Source: Chthoniobacteraceae bacterium
GTDB taxonomy: Bacteria; Verrucomicrobiota; Verrucomicrobiia; Chthoniobacterales; Chthoniobacteraceae
Length of the DNA: 64,000 bases
Assembly (NCBI GenBank): GCA_037190965.1
Contig: JBBCKI010000034.1
Span: forward strand, 1 to 64,000
Reading direction: 5' to 3'
In this document: piece after piece, positions 47,267 to 57,391 of the stretch
How positions within the stretch are numbered: the stretch's first letter is position 1
Layout: every line of letters starts with the position of its first letter
Notes under the pieces: model-generated
What the model saw: the letters and a program-made list of their open reading frames with translations, nothing else
The model's database searches: none
What the model was told of the DNA's origin: nothing
Made by a program: the position numbers and the translations under genes

Positions 47267-48193
47267 CTAGCGTGAATTGATAAGGGTGATGGATGTCGTA
47301 TGGGCTTGGACACCCCCGTGGATGGCTTTGAGTGTGGAATCGCCGAGGACGCTCGCCACGAATACATCCGCGTTGGCCGCAAGATTGGCTTTCGCCTGAA
47401 GGCTTTGGGTGAGACGGGCGGCGCTACGGGCATCAATGGTTGCGATGCTGACCCTGATTGATCTTGGAAGTGATCCGGGGGGGAGGCTGACTCCCTTGCT
47501 ATCGGTGTACCCGGAGCGGGAATTGAAGTCGCCGGAGATGGTCTGACCGTAGGCGTCCAGCGGTTCAAACCAAAGGCCGACGACGTTTTCTGACATCAGG
47601 CCGAGATACTTGTTGGTATTGTCAGCGGGTGCCATATTATCAAGGATTGTGTCGCTGAGCCAGGCCTTTCCCGGTTGCTGATGGATTAGATAATAATTTA
47701 CATCCCTGGGGGTGACAAACAGGCGGCATAGATTCGCTTTGTGGTCTGGCGTCCAACGGATGAAGTAACCCAGAACGGCGATATCGCCCTGTGAAGTATT
47801 GACCGAAGCGGGAGCCTGCCAAAAGAGCGTATGCCCGCTCCCATACTTGGTATTCAAAATCGAAGTGGGCGGTTTTTGCGGGTTGTGAATCATCTGGAGG
47901 CTGGCCGTATTATTAGGAACGATAGGCGGCAGCGCGCATTGCAGGTCGCGCGTAATGAAGTCGAGGATGACTCGTGCGCTTTGTTGGCGGGAGGTGCGCT
48001 TTTGGGTCATGACCCAAACGTTACTGACGTTCTGCGCTACTGCGCCCAAGATGACGATCAGCAGGGCAAAGACGGAAAGGGCGGTGAGCAACTCGACCAG
48101 GGAGAACGCCTGAAGCCGACTGGGGCGTGATGTCGATGCTTGAAGCACGCCATCAAAAGGGAAGGTCTGTGGCGGGGGGCATTTATTTGTCAT
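47267..48193 (-). CDS. Verru_Chthon cassette protein C-like prepilin-type protein
   Basis: AFSLVELL N-methylation motif, ARVILDFITRDL, GYFIRW. Confidence 0.8.
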   Translation of the reverse strand: MTNKCPPPQTFPFDGVLQASTSRPSRLQAFSLVELLTALSVFALLIVILGAVAQNVSNVWVMTQKRTSRQQSARVILDFITRDLQCALPPIVPNNTASLQMIHNPQKPPTSILNTKYGSGHTLFWQAPASVNTSQGDIAVLGYFIRWTPDHKANLCRLFVTPRDVNYYLIHQQPGKAWLSDTILDNMAPADNTNKYLGLMSENVVGLWFEPLDAYGQTISGDFNSRSGYTDSKGVSLPPGSLPRSIRVSIATIDARSAARLTQSLQAKANLAANADVFVASVLGDSTLKAIHGGVQAHTTSITLINSR

Positions 48194-48656
48194 AGCGTGC
48201 TAGATTGATGCGGAACGTTTTCTTAAAAATGTCCTTCGGGTAAGGCCAACTGAACTCGATTTTCGCCTCATAGAGATTGATGACACCCGTCGTGGCGGTA
48301 CTGAACTCTGGTTCCGCCGTTACTGTAACCGTGCAAGTGTAAAGCGGGTTGTTGTTGGTGGTCAGAGTAGCGCCCTCCATGCTGAAGTAGGTCAATTCGC
48401 CTGTCGTCGATTTACTGAGTTTTTCGAGCGAGTTATCGGTGCCCGACGCGGGCGGATCGAAAGGCCGCGCTCGCAATCCGGCTGCGACAGTCTTGGCGAT
48501 ATCAGAGAGAACGGTGTCCTCTGAGGACTCGCGGCCTGAGCTCATCAGCGAGCCCAGTAGGCCAAGCATGGAGATGATGCCGAAAGCCGCTATGCCGATG
48601 GCAATGGTGACTTCAACCAGGCTGAATGCTTTTTTTGTCTGAAAGCGTCGTTTCAT
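48183..48656 (-). CDS. Verru_Chthon cassette protein B-like prepilin-type protein
   Basis: KAFSLVEVTIAIGIAAFGIISMLGLL, YFSMEG, FSWP. Confidence 0.85.
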   Translation of the reverse strand: MKRRFQTKKAFSLVEVTIAIGIAAFGIISMLGLLGSLMSSGRESSEDTVLSDIAKTVAAGLRARPFDPPASGTDNSLEKLSKSTTGELTYFSMEGATLTTNNNPLYTCTVTVTAEPEFSTATTGVINLYEAKIEFSWPYPKDIFKKTFRINLARYDK

Positions 48657-48810
48657 GACTGAGAGGTGGGGATTGAATTGCAATTAGATGGAGCTTTGAC
48701 GGGGCCTTTTCACCGCCGGTTCTGCAGCGCTTTCTCCAGGCGGTTCCTGCTGTATCAATAAAGCCCGCTTTTGGCGGGCTGCATCCATCTTCTATCAGGG
48801 ACGCGCTTCC

Positions 48811-49506
48811 CTAGGGTCGAGTGATGACGCTATGGCCGGTTGCGGCGATAATGGTGATGGTGTAGGTATTGGCAGGATCTCCCGAAGAGTTTTTGTTGGT
48901 GTAAACAACCGTACCGCCGGAAATTGTGCCTTCCGCAAGGGTGAGGACCCCCGGATTGTGGGTGTTGCTTAGCAGGCCACCCGAGGGCAGAAAGAGCAAA
49001 TACCGAAAACCATTTGTAGAATTGAGGGTGGAGCTTCCAAACTTGATGGTCGGAAAAGAGGGGGGGACGCTTGTTGCCGTCAAGGTGCCGGGGCTCTCCA
49101 TCTCATCGGTTCCGGGGGATTTGAAGATGGTTCCTGCTCGCAGCGTCTCCCATCTCGAGGCTTGCTTCCAATTGGTGGGTGTCAATGCGGTTCCGTCAGT
49201 CTTCGGCGTGATCTCCCAAATGCTAACGGCGCGCAGATTTCCGTCAACAGAAGGGTCGGTTACGAGAATCAGGGCAGTTAACGCGTTCTTGGCCATCGCG
49301 TTCTGTCTGGCCAGGCTGACGAGGGCGGCGAGGCGATCGCCCTCTCCCGTAAGGGATGAACTGCTGGCGGTTCCCTTGAGGCCAAAAATCACCATGCCTG
49401 TGGCAAGGGCGATAATGGCGATCACAACGAGGAGTTCGATCAACGTGAATGCTCCTCGTCTTTTCTTGGGGGCGAGAAGAAGCGAGGGTGTTGAAGATCC
49501 CTTCAT
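48811..49506 (-). CDS. Verru_Chthon cassette protein D-like prepilin-type protein (GspH/FimT-like)
   Basis: GAFTLIELLVVIAII, LARQNAMAKN, FLPSG. Confidence 0.85.
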   Translation of the reverse strand: MKGSSTPSLLLAPKKRRGAFTLIELLVVIAIIALATGMVIFGLKGTASSSSLTGEGDRLAALVSLARQNAMAKNALTALILVTDPSVDGNLRAVSIWEITPKTDGTALTPTNWKQASRWETLRAGTIFKSPGTDEMESPGTLTATSVPPSFPTIKFGSSTLNSTNGFRYLLFLPSGGLLSNTHNPGVLTLAEGTISGGTVVYTNKNSSGDPANTYTITIIAATGHSVITRP

Positions 49507-49609
49507 CCAGTCGATGAGGCGCTGGGCGTGGAATTCGGTGTAGATTCGATGTGGGGGAGGGGCCATAGGATGGCTGGAGCGTTTTCGCCGGATGAATCAT
49601 TTGTAGTCC

Positions 49610-49627
49610 TGTAAAAGCGCGTTTACA
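49610..49627. promoter_or_regulatory. Operator upstream of the cassette
   Basis: TGTAAA-AGCGCG-TTTACA. Confidence 0.7.
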
Positions 49628-50081
49628 AGAAAATTCTTTCTCGACGGGTGCAACTGTGTGCACGACGCCTCTGTTGCCGATTTGGTGAAACCCCTCGGCT
49701 GTTCGGAGGGCGAGGTAGTCCGCTCGCGCCGTCGAGCGTGGGATTTGACGCGGAAGAGCGTTTGGCGTCCATCCCTATAGGCTACTTCTGGCAGGGAGGC
49801 GGCTTCAACGGAGGTGCGAAACTGATACCGCCCCCGAGGGTAGCGACGGAAATACCAGTGCTGCTCCGCCTATATCTGTACTCGACGTTGCTTCTTCTCA
49901 GCTCGGTTGTAGATTCCAACTCTTGGTTCTGATCTTGGGATAACTCACAGGAGTCTTTTCTGCGCGTTGCAACACGCTGCGCCACATATGGACTTTTTTG
50001 GAAGTTCTCCTAAGGACGGCGCGAATCCACAGCATTTTTATCACCGGTCGAGATTTTTCTTGCCGCCTTCCCATGTTTCGA

Positions 50082-50099
50082 TGTAAACACGCTATTACA
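50082..50099. promoter_or_regulatory. Operator upstream of the PEP-CTERM gene
   Basis: TGTAAA-CACGCT-ATTACA. Confidence 0.65.
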
Positions 50100-50201
50100 A
50101 ATTCTACCCGCGCCACCTCGAATCCCGCCGCGAGTGACGCGCTTGAAGCCGGAGGCGGGTCGAAACGCCATCGCATCGACTGAATCCCCCATCGAGAAAA
50201 T

Positions 50202-52874
50202 ATGAAGACGAACTCCCCTAAATCGTTCCGCGTGGCTGCCGCGGCGCTCGCAACAGCCCTTCTGGCAGGCTCCCCATCGATTCCCTCTGCGCGTGCCGCA
50301 ACGGTCGATTGGAATGGTGCCAACGCAACTTGGGCTACCGGCGCCAATTGGACTGGAGGAGTTGCTCCCGCTAATGACCTGACCAGCGACATTGCCCGTT
50401 TCAACCTGGCGAGTTACACGGCGATGCCAAATGCCGGAAATGCCAACATCAATGGCTTGATCTTCGGGGATGGATCGACCGCGACGGCGGCCATTACTCT
50501 CGGCAGTACCACCAATTTTACGATCGGTTCAAGCGGTATCTTGGTGAACGCCCTTGCAGGGGCCGTTACATTGAACGGTCCTGTCCGCCTGGGAGCCAAC
50601 CAGACTTGGACGAACAACTCAGCAAACGAAATGCTCATCAGTGGGGCGTTGACCAATGCTGGCAATGTTACCCCGTTTACCCTGACTCTCGCCGGTACGG
50701 GCGCTATCAAATTCACGGGGGCTATTAACAACGGTGGGGCCACCGGCACCACGGCGATTGTGGTCGATAAGACGAGCGGCATTGTCAATTTCAGTGGCGC
50801 AAAAGCGTTCACCGGCGGGCTTTTGGTGAAATCCGGGACGGTTTCCGGTGAACTTGGCGTAAATCCATTTGGTACCGGAACCATCACTCTTGGCGATTCC
50901 AGCGGCAGTGCCAATGTCACCCTGATCAATGGAGTGACAAGTACGTACGGCGCTAACACGATTCCGAACACCATTCATGTTGCTGCTGGGAGCACGGGGA
51001 CCATCAAGATTGCGTCCACCCAGGCGGGGGCAATTAGCGGCACAGTCGACCTGGCAAATGATCTCACGCTTTCTACCTTAAGCGCCAACCGTCTTCTGTT
51101 GTCCGGGGGAATCACCGGAACGGGCAACGTTACCCTCATTAACGAGGGCGGAAATTCCACATTTGAGCTTACGGCCAAGAAACTTGATTTCGATGGTTCG
51201 ATCACCAGCCAAAGCGGGGGCAATGTTACCATAACTGGCGGTGTAAGCTCGAAGGTTAAGGGAATCACTAATAATGGCGCAGGATCGGTCCTCATAAGGA
51301 CGACCGGCGTTGAGGTCAACAGTAACGGTAGCACCTTCACGACAAACAGCACTGGTGCAATCCAGTTTGAGACTGCCGTGACGGGCACGGGGAATCTTAA
51401 TCTCGTCCATAATTCCACAAGTGTCGGCAGCGCTGGCATCGTGGGCATCGCCGGAAGCTTCTTTAACGTCGCTGGCGAAATTCTTGTCTCCGGCACGGGT
51501 ATTCTCTCCGGCACGGGTGCCTTTGGCGGGGTTACTCTAGGGGCAGGCACTACAGGGACCGTGGTGGGGTCATCGGTTACAGCGATCCGGCAAAGTGCTT
51601 TATCAAAACTCACGGTTCGGCAGGGTATTATCGTCAATGAGCATGGAACCACCCTCGAAAACAACGGTGGTGGAGTGTTCAGCATTGAAGGGGGGACGAC
51701 AGGTACAGGTGACTTGATTCTCCGGAATAACCGCAACACAATCACATCCGGGACGAGCGGGATATATATCGCCTCCGTCACGACTTCCCTCGGTACTCTT
51801 GATCATGCCGGTGCGATTATCAATTCCGGCACGGGAATTGATAGTGTAGCGCTAAATTATATTATTACATCCAAGGTTACGGAGATCACGCAAAACAGCG
51901 CCACGTCTGAACTGTTGATTGGGGGAAGTAACAGCTTTACGGGAGATGTGAATGTCAATGCCGGGAAGATCACGGTAAGCAACACGAATGCAATCAGGAA
52001 TAGCACCCTCAAGATCGCATCGGGAGCTTCCGCTTCACTCACTGGAGGAATCACGGTAGGGGGCTTATCGGGAGCGGGGGACGTGACGGTGACAGCTTTC
52101 AATAGCATTTCAGTGGGAGCAAACAATCAGGACACTACGTTCTCTGGCTTGATTTCGGGAACTACCATTACTTTGAACAAGGTTGGAACGGGGACCCTCC
52201 AGCTCTCCGGCACCCAAACAGTCACTACTGTGAATGTGAACGGCGGATCTCTTCTGATTAATACAGATTTGGTTGAGGGCTACTCTGCAACGGGTGTCGG
52301 AAACGTCAATGTCAACAATACCGGCTCTTTCGGGGGTATCGGCGTTGTGCGACCAGGCGGCGCAAACAAGATCACCGTTGCCAACGGGGCTTATATTACT
52401 CCTGGCGATAGGACTGTTGGCGGAGATTTTGGAACGCTTGTTCTTGATGGCGGCGGCACGACGGCTGCGCTGCTTACCATGCAGACCGGATCGAAATTCT
52501 CATTCCGGATTGGCGAGGACTTCGCCAGCGACAAAATTGATCTCTGGAACTATGCTGGGTCATCGGACTTTGTTCGGAACAGTACAGTGATTGAGATTAC
52601 CATGGTGGGTAACGTCGCAGAGGGTAGTTACAATCTCTTTAACTTCTATGGAGATAACGGAGAAAATTTTGCCAACCGAGGCTTCACCTCGGGGCTATCT
52701 GTCGTCTTTCTCAATGGTTTAGGGGGCGAGATTGGTGAAGGTTATCTGACTTACGACTACGGACAGATCAACCTGGAGGTGACGTTTGTGCCCGAACCCT
52801 CCACTTGGACACTTGTGGCCGCCTCCTTGCTCGGCGCGGCGGCCTTCCGCCGCCGCTTCAAGCGGGCCGCTTGA
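50202..52874 (+). CDS. PEP-CTERM protein with autotransporter-associated beta-strand repeats
   Basis: Signal peptide, LNKVGTGTLQLSG-type repeats, C-terminal VPEPSTWTLVAASLLGAAAFRRRFKR. Confidence 0.93.
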   Translation: MKTNSPKSFRVAAAALATALLAGSPSIPSARAATVDWNGANATWATGANWTGGVAPANDLTSDIARFNLASYTAMPNAGNANINGLIFGDGSTATAAITLGSTTNFTIGSSGILVNALAGAVTLNGPVRLGANQTWTNNSANEMLISGALTNAGNVTPFTLTLAGTGAIKFTGAINNGGATGTTAIVVDKTSGIVNFSGAKAFTGGLLVKSGTVSGELGVNPFGTGTITLGDSSGSANVTLINGVTSTYGANTIPNTIHVAAGSTGTIKIASTQAGAISGTVDLANDLTLSTLSANRLLLSGGITGTGNVTLINEGGNSTFELTAKKLDFDGSITSQSGGNVTITGGVSSKVKGITNNGAGSVLIRTTGVEVNSNGSTFTTNSTGAIQFETAVTGTGNLNLVHNSTSVGSAGIVGIAGSFFNVAGEILVSGTGILSGTGAFGGVTLGAGTTGTVVGSSVTAIRQSALSKLTVRQGIIVNEHGTTLENNGGGVFSIEGGTTGTGDLILRNNRNTITSGTSGIYIASVTTSLGTLDHAGAIINSGTGIDSVALNYIITSKVTEITQNSATSELLIGGSNSFTGDVNVNAGKITVSNTNAIRNSTLKIASGASASLTGGITVGGLSGAGDVTVTAFNSISVGANNQDTTFSGLISGTTITLNKVGTGTLQLSGTQTVTTVNVNGGSLLINTDLVEGYSATGVGNVNVNNTGSFGGIGVVRPGGANKITVANGAYITPGDRTVGGDFGTLVLDGGGTTAALLTMQTGSKFSFRIGEDFASDKIDLWNYAGSSDFVRNSTVIEITMVGNVAEGSYNLFNFYGDNGENFANRGFTSGLSVVFLNGLGGEIGEGYLTYDYGQINLEVTFVPEPSTWTLVAASLLGAAAFRRRFKRAA

Positions 52875-52966
52875 TAGAAATTCTTGTTGAATCCAAAAGC
52901 CTACGGGGAATGGCTCTATCTCCCGAGTTACCAGGCTGCTGAATTTTAACATCTCCTGCGGTTTAC

Positions 52967-52992
52967 GGCCGCCCCTCATAGAAGGGGCGGCC
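52967..52992 (+). terminator. GC-rich hairpin after the PEP-CTERM gene
   Basis: GGCCGCCCCT-CATAGA-AGGGGCGGCC; no U tract. Confidence 0.4.
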
Positions 52993-53114
52993 TCCATGAT
53001 AAGCGTCAGGTCATTTATAGGCATGGCGCTCTATGTTCGATGGTACCCTCATGCCTCGATAAAAACTGACAGACTTAACCCCACCTTACCAAAATCAGCA
53101 CCCTCCCAGATATT

Positions 53115-56100
53115 ATGCGAAAGACCAAACGCGCAGCGACAAGAGCTTTTCCCTCGGCCATTTTAGCAGCGGGGATCATGATGGGAAGTTGGGGCACAGC
53201 ATCCTTTGCGGTTGGGCCCAAGGTTTATTTCACGGAAAACTTCCGGAACTATCACGATAAAGCGCCCACGGTGATTGAAGCGGAGGGGATCACAGTCGGT
53301 AACGATCCTGTCTGGACTCAAACGGCAGATATCAACCTCGATCTCAAAAAGGATGCGTTGATTCTCAAGGAGTATTCGCCTTCCCCCACGATCGCTCCCG
53401 ATCTGAAAAATTATGATGTGGTCTTCAAGTTCCGGCTTTGCAAGTCGAGGGTGGCGGAGACTCTCGGCAAATTTGAGCTTCGCCTCCGGCAGCAAATCGG
53501 GGGGAAGCCGGGCGAGATCCGGGTAGCCATCTCGACGGATGAAGTAAAGATCATGGGCGACGGCTCGGCGGCTTCCGTGAAAGGCGAGGCCAAGCTTCCC
53601 TTTACCATCGAGCGCGATCAGTGGCGTACCTGTGTCGTCACGGTGAGAGACGGCAAGATGGCCGTTTTTATCGACGAGGTTCGTGTGATGCAGAAAGTGG
53701 CCGATGTCACGATTCCCTCCGGAGTGGGCGCAGGAATCAATTTCTACGGTTTTACGAATTTCGCTTTCAGCATCTCGGAGATCGAGGTTCGCGAACCCGC
53801 GGCGCTGCCTGACCGTTCGATTGCCAACATCCTTCCTATAGTGCCCAAGGTCGATGCCGCGGCTTTCAAAGCGGGAGGAGCCGTCACAGTTCCCGCCAAT
53901 GACCTTTTTGGCGCAACGGTTCGGACGGGGCTTGAACCCGACGGAGTGCAGATGTCGGTGAAATGGAATGACGGACGGAGCGACGTGATCTCCTTCTCCG
54001 CGGTTGATTTTCGCGATGAACGTCTGACCAAGGAAGACGGAAAGACGGTCAAGAAACCTTACGATTGGCCAAACGCAATTATCCGTGTGACAGGCATCGG
54101 CGACCCCAAGAAGCCGATCAACTATCATATCCGTCCCAAGCTCGGTCGCTACCAGACCAGTTATAGCTATACCGACACCTATCACGACATCACTCGCGAC
54201 TGGGAGAAGCTGCCAGCGGCGAGCGATCATCCTTTGAAGATTGAAGCCCGCAGGAGTCCAAAGGGAGTTGATCTCTACTTGGACGGTTGCTATGCGGGCA
54301 CGCTGGAGGGGAGTGGCGTGAAGGAAATCAACTTTGCGGCAGCCTCGAGCGCTTCCATTGGCCCGGTGTTTTCCCTGAAGACCAAGTACGAAGCCTCAAA
54401 ATTCCTGCCCCTTGATCTTGCCGCTCAGAAAATGGCAAAGTCTTTTGCCGGGGCGAGTTCTTCGGTGCCTGCCGGGCTTTCGGAGTTGAAGGGCATCCCG
54501 ATGTTTGTCGCCACAAGCGAGGAGAGCGCCGACGTCGGGTTGACTCGGGAGGGACAGGGGAACTGGGCGTTGGAGGTGGACGAGTATCTGGCTCGCTCTC
54601 CCTTCGATGGCCTTCTCACCGAAGTTCATTTCACCGTTCCGGGAGGCTCCCCTTATGCGAAAGCCTGGGTGCTGGCGGCGGTCGATCCGGATCCGGCGAA
54701 GGATCCAATCTTCACCACACGAATCGCCAAGTATGTGGAGCACGGCGCAGGCGGCAATCAACTCGCCGACACGGTGATCACCCTCCCGCGCAATGGCGAA
54801 ACCCCGGGAGAGGGGATCACGCCGGTCGGTACCGTTACCAAGACCGACAAGAGCGGCAAAAAGGTGGAGGTGCCTCTTTATCTCGTCGAAGTTCCGCTCA
54901 ATGGCGGCAAGATCATCGACCTGATGATGGATGAGACCTCCTTGAACTTTGAGTTCTTTGGCAAGCCGTGGGAGAATTTTGAGCAGATCGACAACTCGAT
55001 CAAACCCGATCCGAAATCGACGAGCGCAGTTCAGATTTTTGGCGTCACGCTGGAACACGCCCCTGTGGGTCTTGCGTTTATCCAGTCTCAGCCCGCCAAT
55101 ATCTTTCACAATGGCGAGAAACCTGAGACCACGGCGGTGCTGAAGTCTGGCGCCGCTGCCAAGGGCAAGCTGGCCTGGGAGATTCTCGACGTGGATGGAA
55201 AGAAAACGGGCGGCGGATCGAAAGACTTTGCGTTCGCAAAGGCCGGTGAGGAGCAAAAAGTTCTGCTGCCCCTCGATGTTCCGCAGGTGGGATGGTATGA
55301 GTTGCGCGTTTTGATTCAGGATGCCAGCGGTAAGACCGTGTTGACGCATCCGGCCAGCTTCGGGGTGTTGGGCAAAGACGAGCGCAAGGCCAAGTATGAC
55401 TCCCCCTACGGGACCTGGTGGTTCGACGGCGCTCACAAGACTCCAAAGGAGCTTTCCTTCGCCGGGCCTGTCATGTTCAAGGCGGGAATGCGCAAGGCTT
55501 CCTGGACCAAGGCGACCGAGAAGGATATGGCGCAGTGGTACATCACCCGGGGGCAGTTGAACACGCCTCTCGATTTCCCCGATCTCAAAACGCCGGAGAA
55601 ATCCCTTGAGAAGGCGGAGATTGCTTTCAAAAAATTGGTGGAGGCGTACCCGAGCACTCGCGAGGTGGCGATCTTCCATGAGAGCGGCCCGGGTAACGAT
55701 CTTCCCGTGGAATTGTTTGGGCAGAAGCCGCAGCTCACCGAGTGGAGGACGGGCCACGAGAAGAGGTATGCCGATCTTGTTAACCTGAGCGGTGCGTTCT
55801 TCCGGGAAAAATTCCCGCAGATGAAGCTGGTGGTGGGCAATAACAGCGCCTCCCAGTCCGTGATGGCGGCGGTTCTCCGGCACGGAGGAAAGATCGAGTA
55901 CATCGACTATATCGGAATCGAGGCGCCTTCGCAGGTCTACATCCCCGAGAAACTTCAGGAATGGTCTGTGCAGGGAATGCATATTGCCATGGATACCGTC
56001 AAGGCGATCTCTGGCCGTCATGTTCCGGCCACGGGGTGCTATGAGTTTACCTACCGTTCGGAACGGGACATGGGTCAACAGCAGCAGGCAGAATGGTATG

Positions 56101-57242
56101 TGCGCGACATGCTGATCAGCCTGGCTAACAACTTCACGTTGATCTCCCCCGGCATTCTTTTCGATACCAGCAATGCCTATTACAACGGCTTGTGGGGTGG
56201 CAGCGGTGTTCTGGAGAGGGCTCCATACGGGTATCCCAAGAAGTCGTATGTGGCCTATGCCGCGCTCACCAATGTGTTCGATCAGGTGAAACTGCGGCGG
56301 CAGATCCCGACGGGATCAACGACCGTATATGCCGTCGAGTTCGACCGCGCGGATGGCAAGAAGGCCACGGCACTCTGGGCTTCTCGCGGTGACGCTGAGT
56401 TCAATATCGAGTTCGCGGGCGATACGCCGGTGAGAGTGGTCGATATGTACGGGCGTTCTCGCGAAGAGAAGACCGCGGGAGGCAAGTTGGTTGTGAAGGC
56501 TGGTACCTCCCCGGTCTATCTTCTCGCGGGCAAGGAGATTGGAAAGGTCACCCTTGGCAAGCGGTCCTTCCCGAAGGATGAAGCACGGGCGGCATTGGCA
56601 AACGTGGCGGCGCCGCTGGACAATCTCAACGACGTGAAGCTTGATTACGACAACGGGATCGACACGTTGTGGACCGTGCCTCTCCAGACCCCGGTACGCC
56701 AGATTGGCGAGTTCGACCTGCGCGCCGTCAACGACGAGGAGAAAGGTGGGAGTCTCGAACTTGAACTCAAGAAGAAGGGAGATGTTAACAAATACATCAC
56801 CGAGTACGTCACCGTCCGCCTCAACAAGCCGGCCGAAGTCAGCGGGACGCCTGCCGCAATGGGCGTTTGGGTGAAGGGGAATTCGAACTGGGGCCGTGTG
56901 ATGTTCGAGATTGAGGATGCCGATGGTGAAGTCTGGCGTTCGCTGGGAACCACGGGATGGGGATGCGATGTCCTCGACTGGCCGGGCAATATCGCGGTCA
57001 ACTTCGACGGGTGGAACTTCGTGGCGTTGCCGCTGAGGGACACCAAGCTCTTCAATGACCACAGCCCGGGGCCGGTCTCCGAACAGTGGGTGTCCAGCGG
57101 TGGTGACAAAAAGATCGCTTACCCGATCAAAGTAAGAGCCTTGATTGTCGAGATGCATCGGACACCGCTCGACCTCGCCGACTTCAAGCCCGCGACACCG
57201 GTCATTCGCCTGAAAGATGTCAGCGGGGTTTACGAAAAGTAG
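53115..57242 (+). CDS. Large secreted protein, probable clan GH-A-like TIM barrel with beta-sandwich modules
   Basis: Signal peptide; FHES and CYEFTY candidate catalytic Glu positions; PKKSYVAYAAL resembles a GH39-like C-terminus; family not assigned. Confidence 0.6.
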   Translation: MRKTKRAATRAFPSAILAAGIMMGSWGTASFAVGPKVYFTENFRNYHDKAPTVIEAEGITVGNDPVWTQTADINLDLKKDALILKEYSPSPTIAPDLKNYDVVFKFRLCKSRVAETLGKFELRLRQQIGGKPGEIRVAISTDEVKIMGDGSAASVKGEAKLPFTIERDQWRTCVVTVRDGKMAVFIDEVRVMQKVADVTIPSGVGAGINFYGFTNFAFSISEIEVREPAALPDRSIANILPIVPKVDAAAFKAGGAVTVPANDLFGATVRTGLEPDGVQMSVKWNDGRSDVISFSAVDFRDERLTKEDGKTVKKPYDWPNAIIRVTGIGDPKKPINYHIRPKLGRYQTSYSYTDTYHDITRDWEKLPAASDHPLKIEARRSPKGVDLYLDGCYAGTLEGSGVKEINFAAASSASIGPVFSLKTKYEASKFLPLDLAAQKMAKSFAGASSSVPAGLSELKGIPMFVATSEESADVGLTREGQGNWALEVDEYLARSPFDGLLTEVHFTVPGGSPYAKAWVLAAVDPDPAKDPIFTTRIAKYVEHGAGGNQLADTVITLPRNGETPGEGITPVGTVTKTDKSGKKVEVPLYLVEVPLNGGKIIDLMMDETSLNFEFFGKPWENFEQIDNSIKPDPKSTSAVQIFGVTLEHAPVGLAFIQSQPANIFHNGEKPETTAVLKSGAAAKGKLAWEILDVDGKKTGGGSKDFAFAKAGEEQKVLLPLDVPQVGWYELRVLIQDASGKTVLTHPASFGVLGKDERKAKYDSPYGTWWFDGAHKTPKELSFAGPVMFKAGMRKASWTKATEKDMAQWYITRGQLNTPLDFPDLKTPEKSLEKAEIAFKKLVEAYPSTREVAIFHESGPGNDLPVELFGQKPQLTEWRTGHEKRYADLVNLSGAFFREKFPQMKLVVGNNSASQSVMAAVLRHGGKIEYIDYIGIEAPSQVYIPEKLQEWSVQGMHIAMDTVKAISGRHVPATGCYEFTYRSERDMGQQQQAEWYVRDMLISLANNFTLISPGILFDTSNAYYNGLWGGSGVLERAPYGYPKKSYVAYAALTNVFDQVKLRRQIPTGSTTVYAVEFDRADGKKATALWASRGDAEFNIEFAGDTPVRVVDMYGRSREEKTAGGKLVVKAGTSPVYLLAGKEIGKVTLGKRSFPKDEARAALANVAAPLDNLNDVKLDYDNGIDTLWTVPLQTPVRQIGEFDLRAVNDEEKGGSLELELKKKGDVNKYITEYVTVRLNKPAEVSGTPAAMGVWVKGNSNWGRVMFEIEDADGEVWRSLGTTGWGCDVLDWPGNIAVNFDGWNFVALPLRDTKLFNDHSPGPVSEQWVSSGGDKKIAYPIKVRALIVEMHRTPLDLADFKPATPVIRLKDVSGVYEK

Positions 57243-57391
57243 AAAGCCCTGACTCGCAACTTTCTATCAAGCGCTTCCCCCTAACAAACCCAATAACCCC
57301 GGCGCTCTGCCTGGCAGTGGCACTTATCATGCTCCTCGCCCAGCAGAGGCCGGGGGCTTCTTCACCAAAGGAACGATTCCCCACCCCAAAA

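Noticed and set aside
54396..56078. Long antisense ORFs (for example 560 aa here, 1485-2402, 60517-61437)
   Set aside because: Shadow frames of high-GC genes on the opposite strand with no recognisable motifs.
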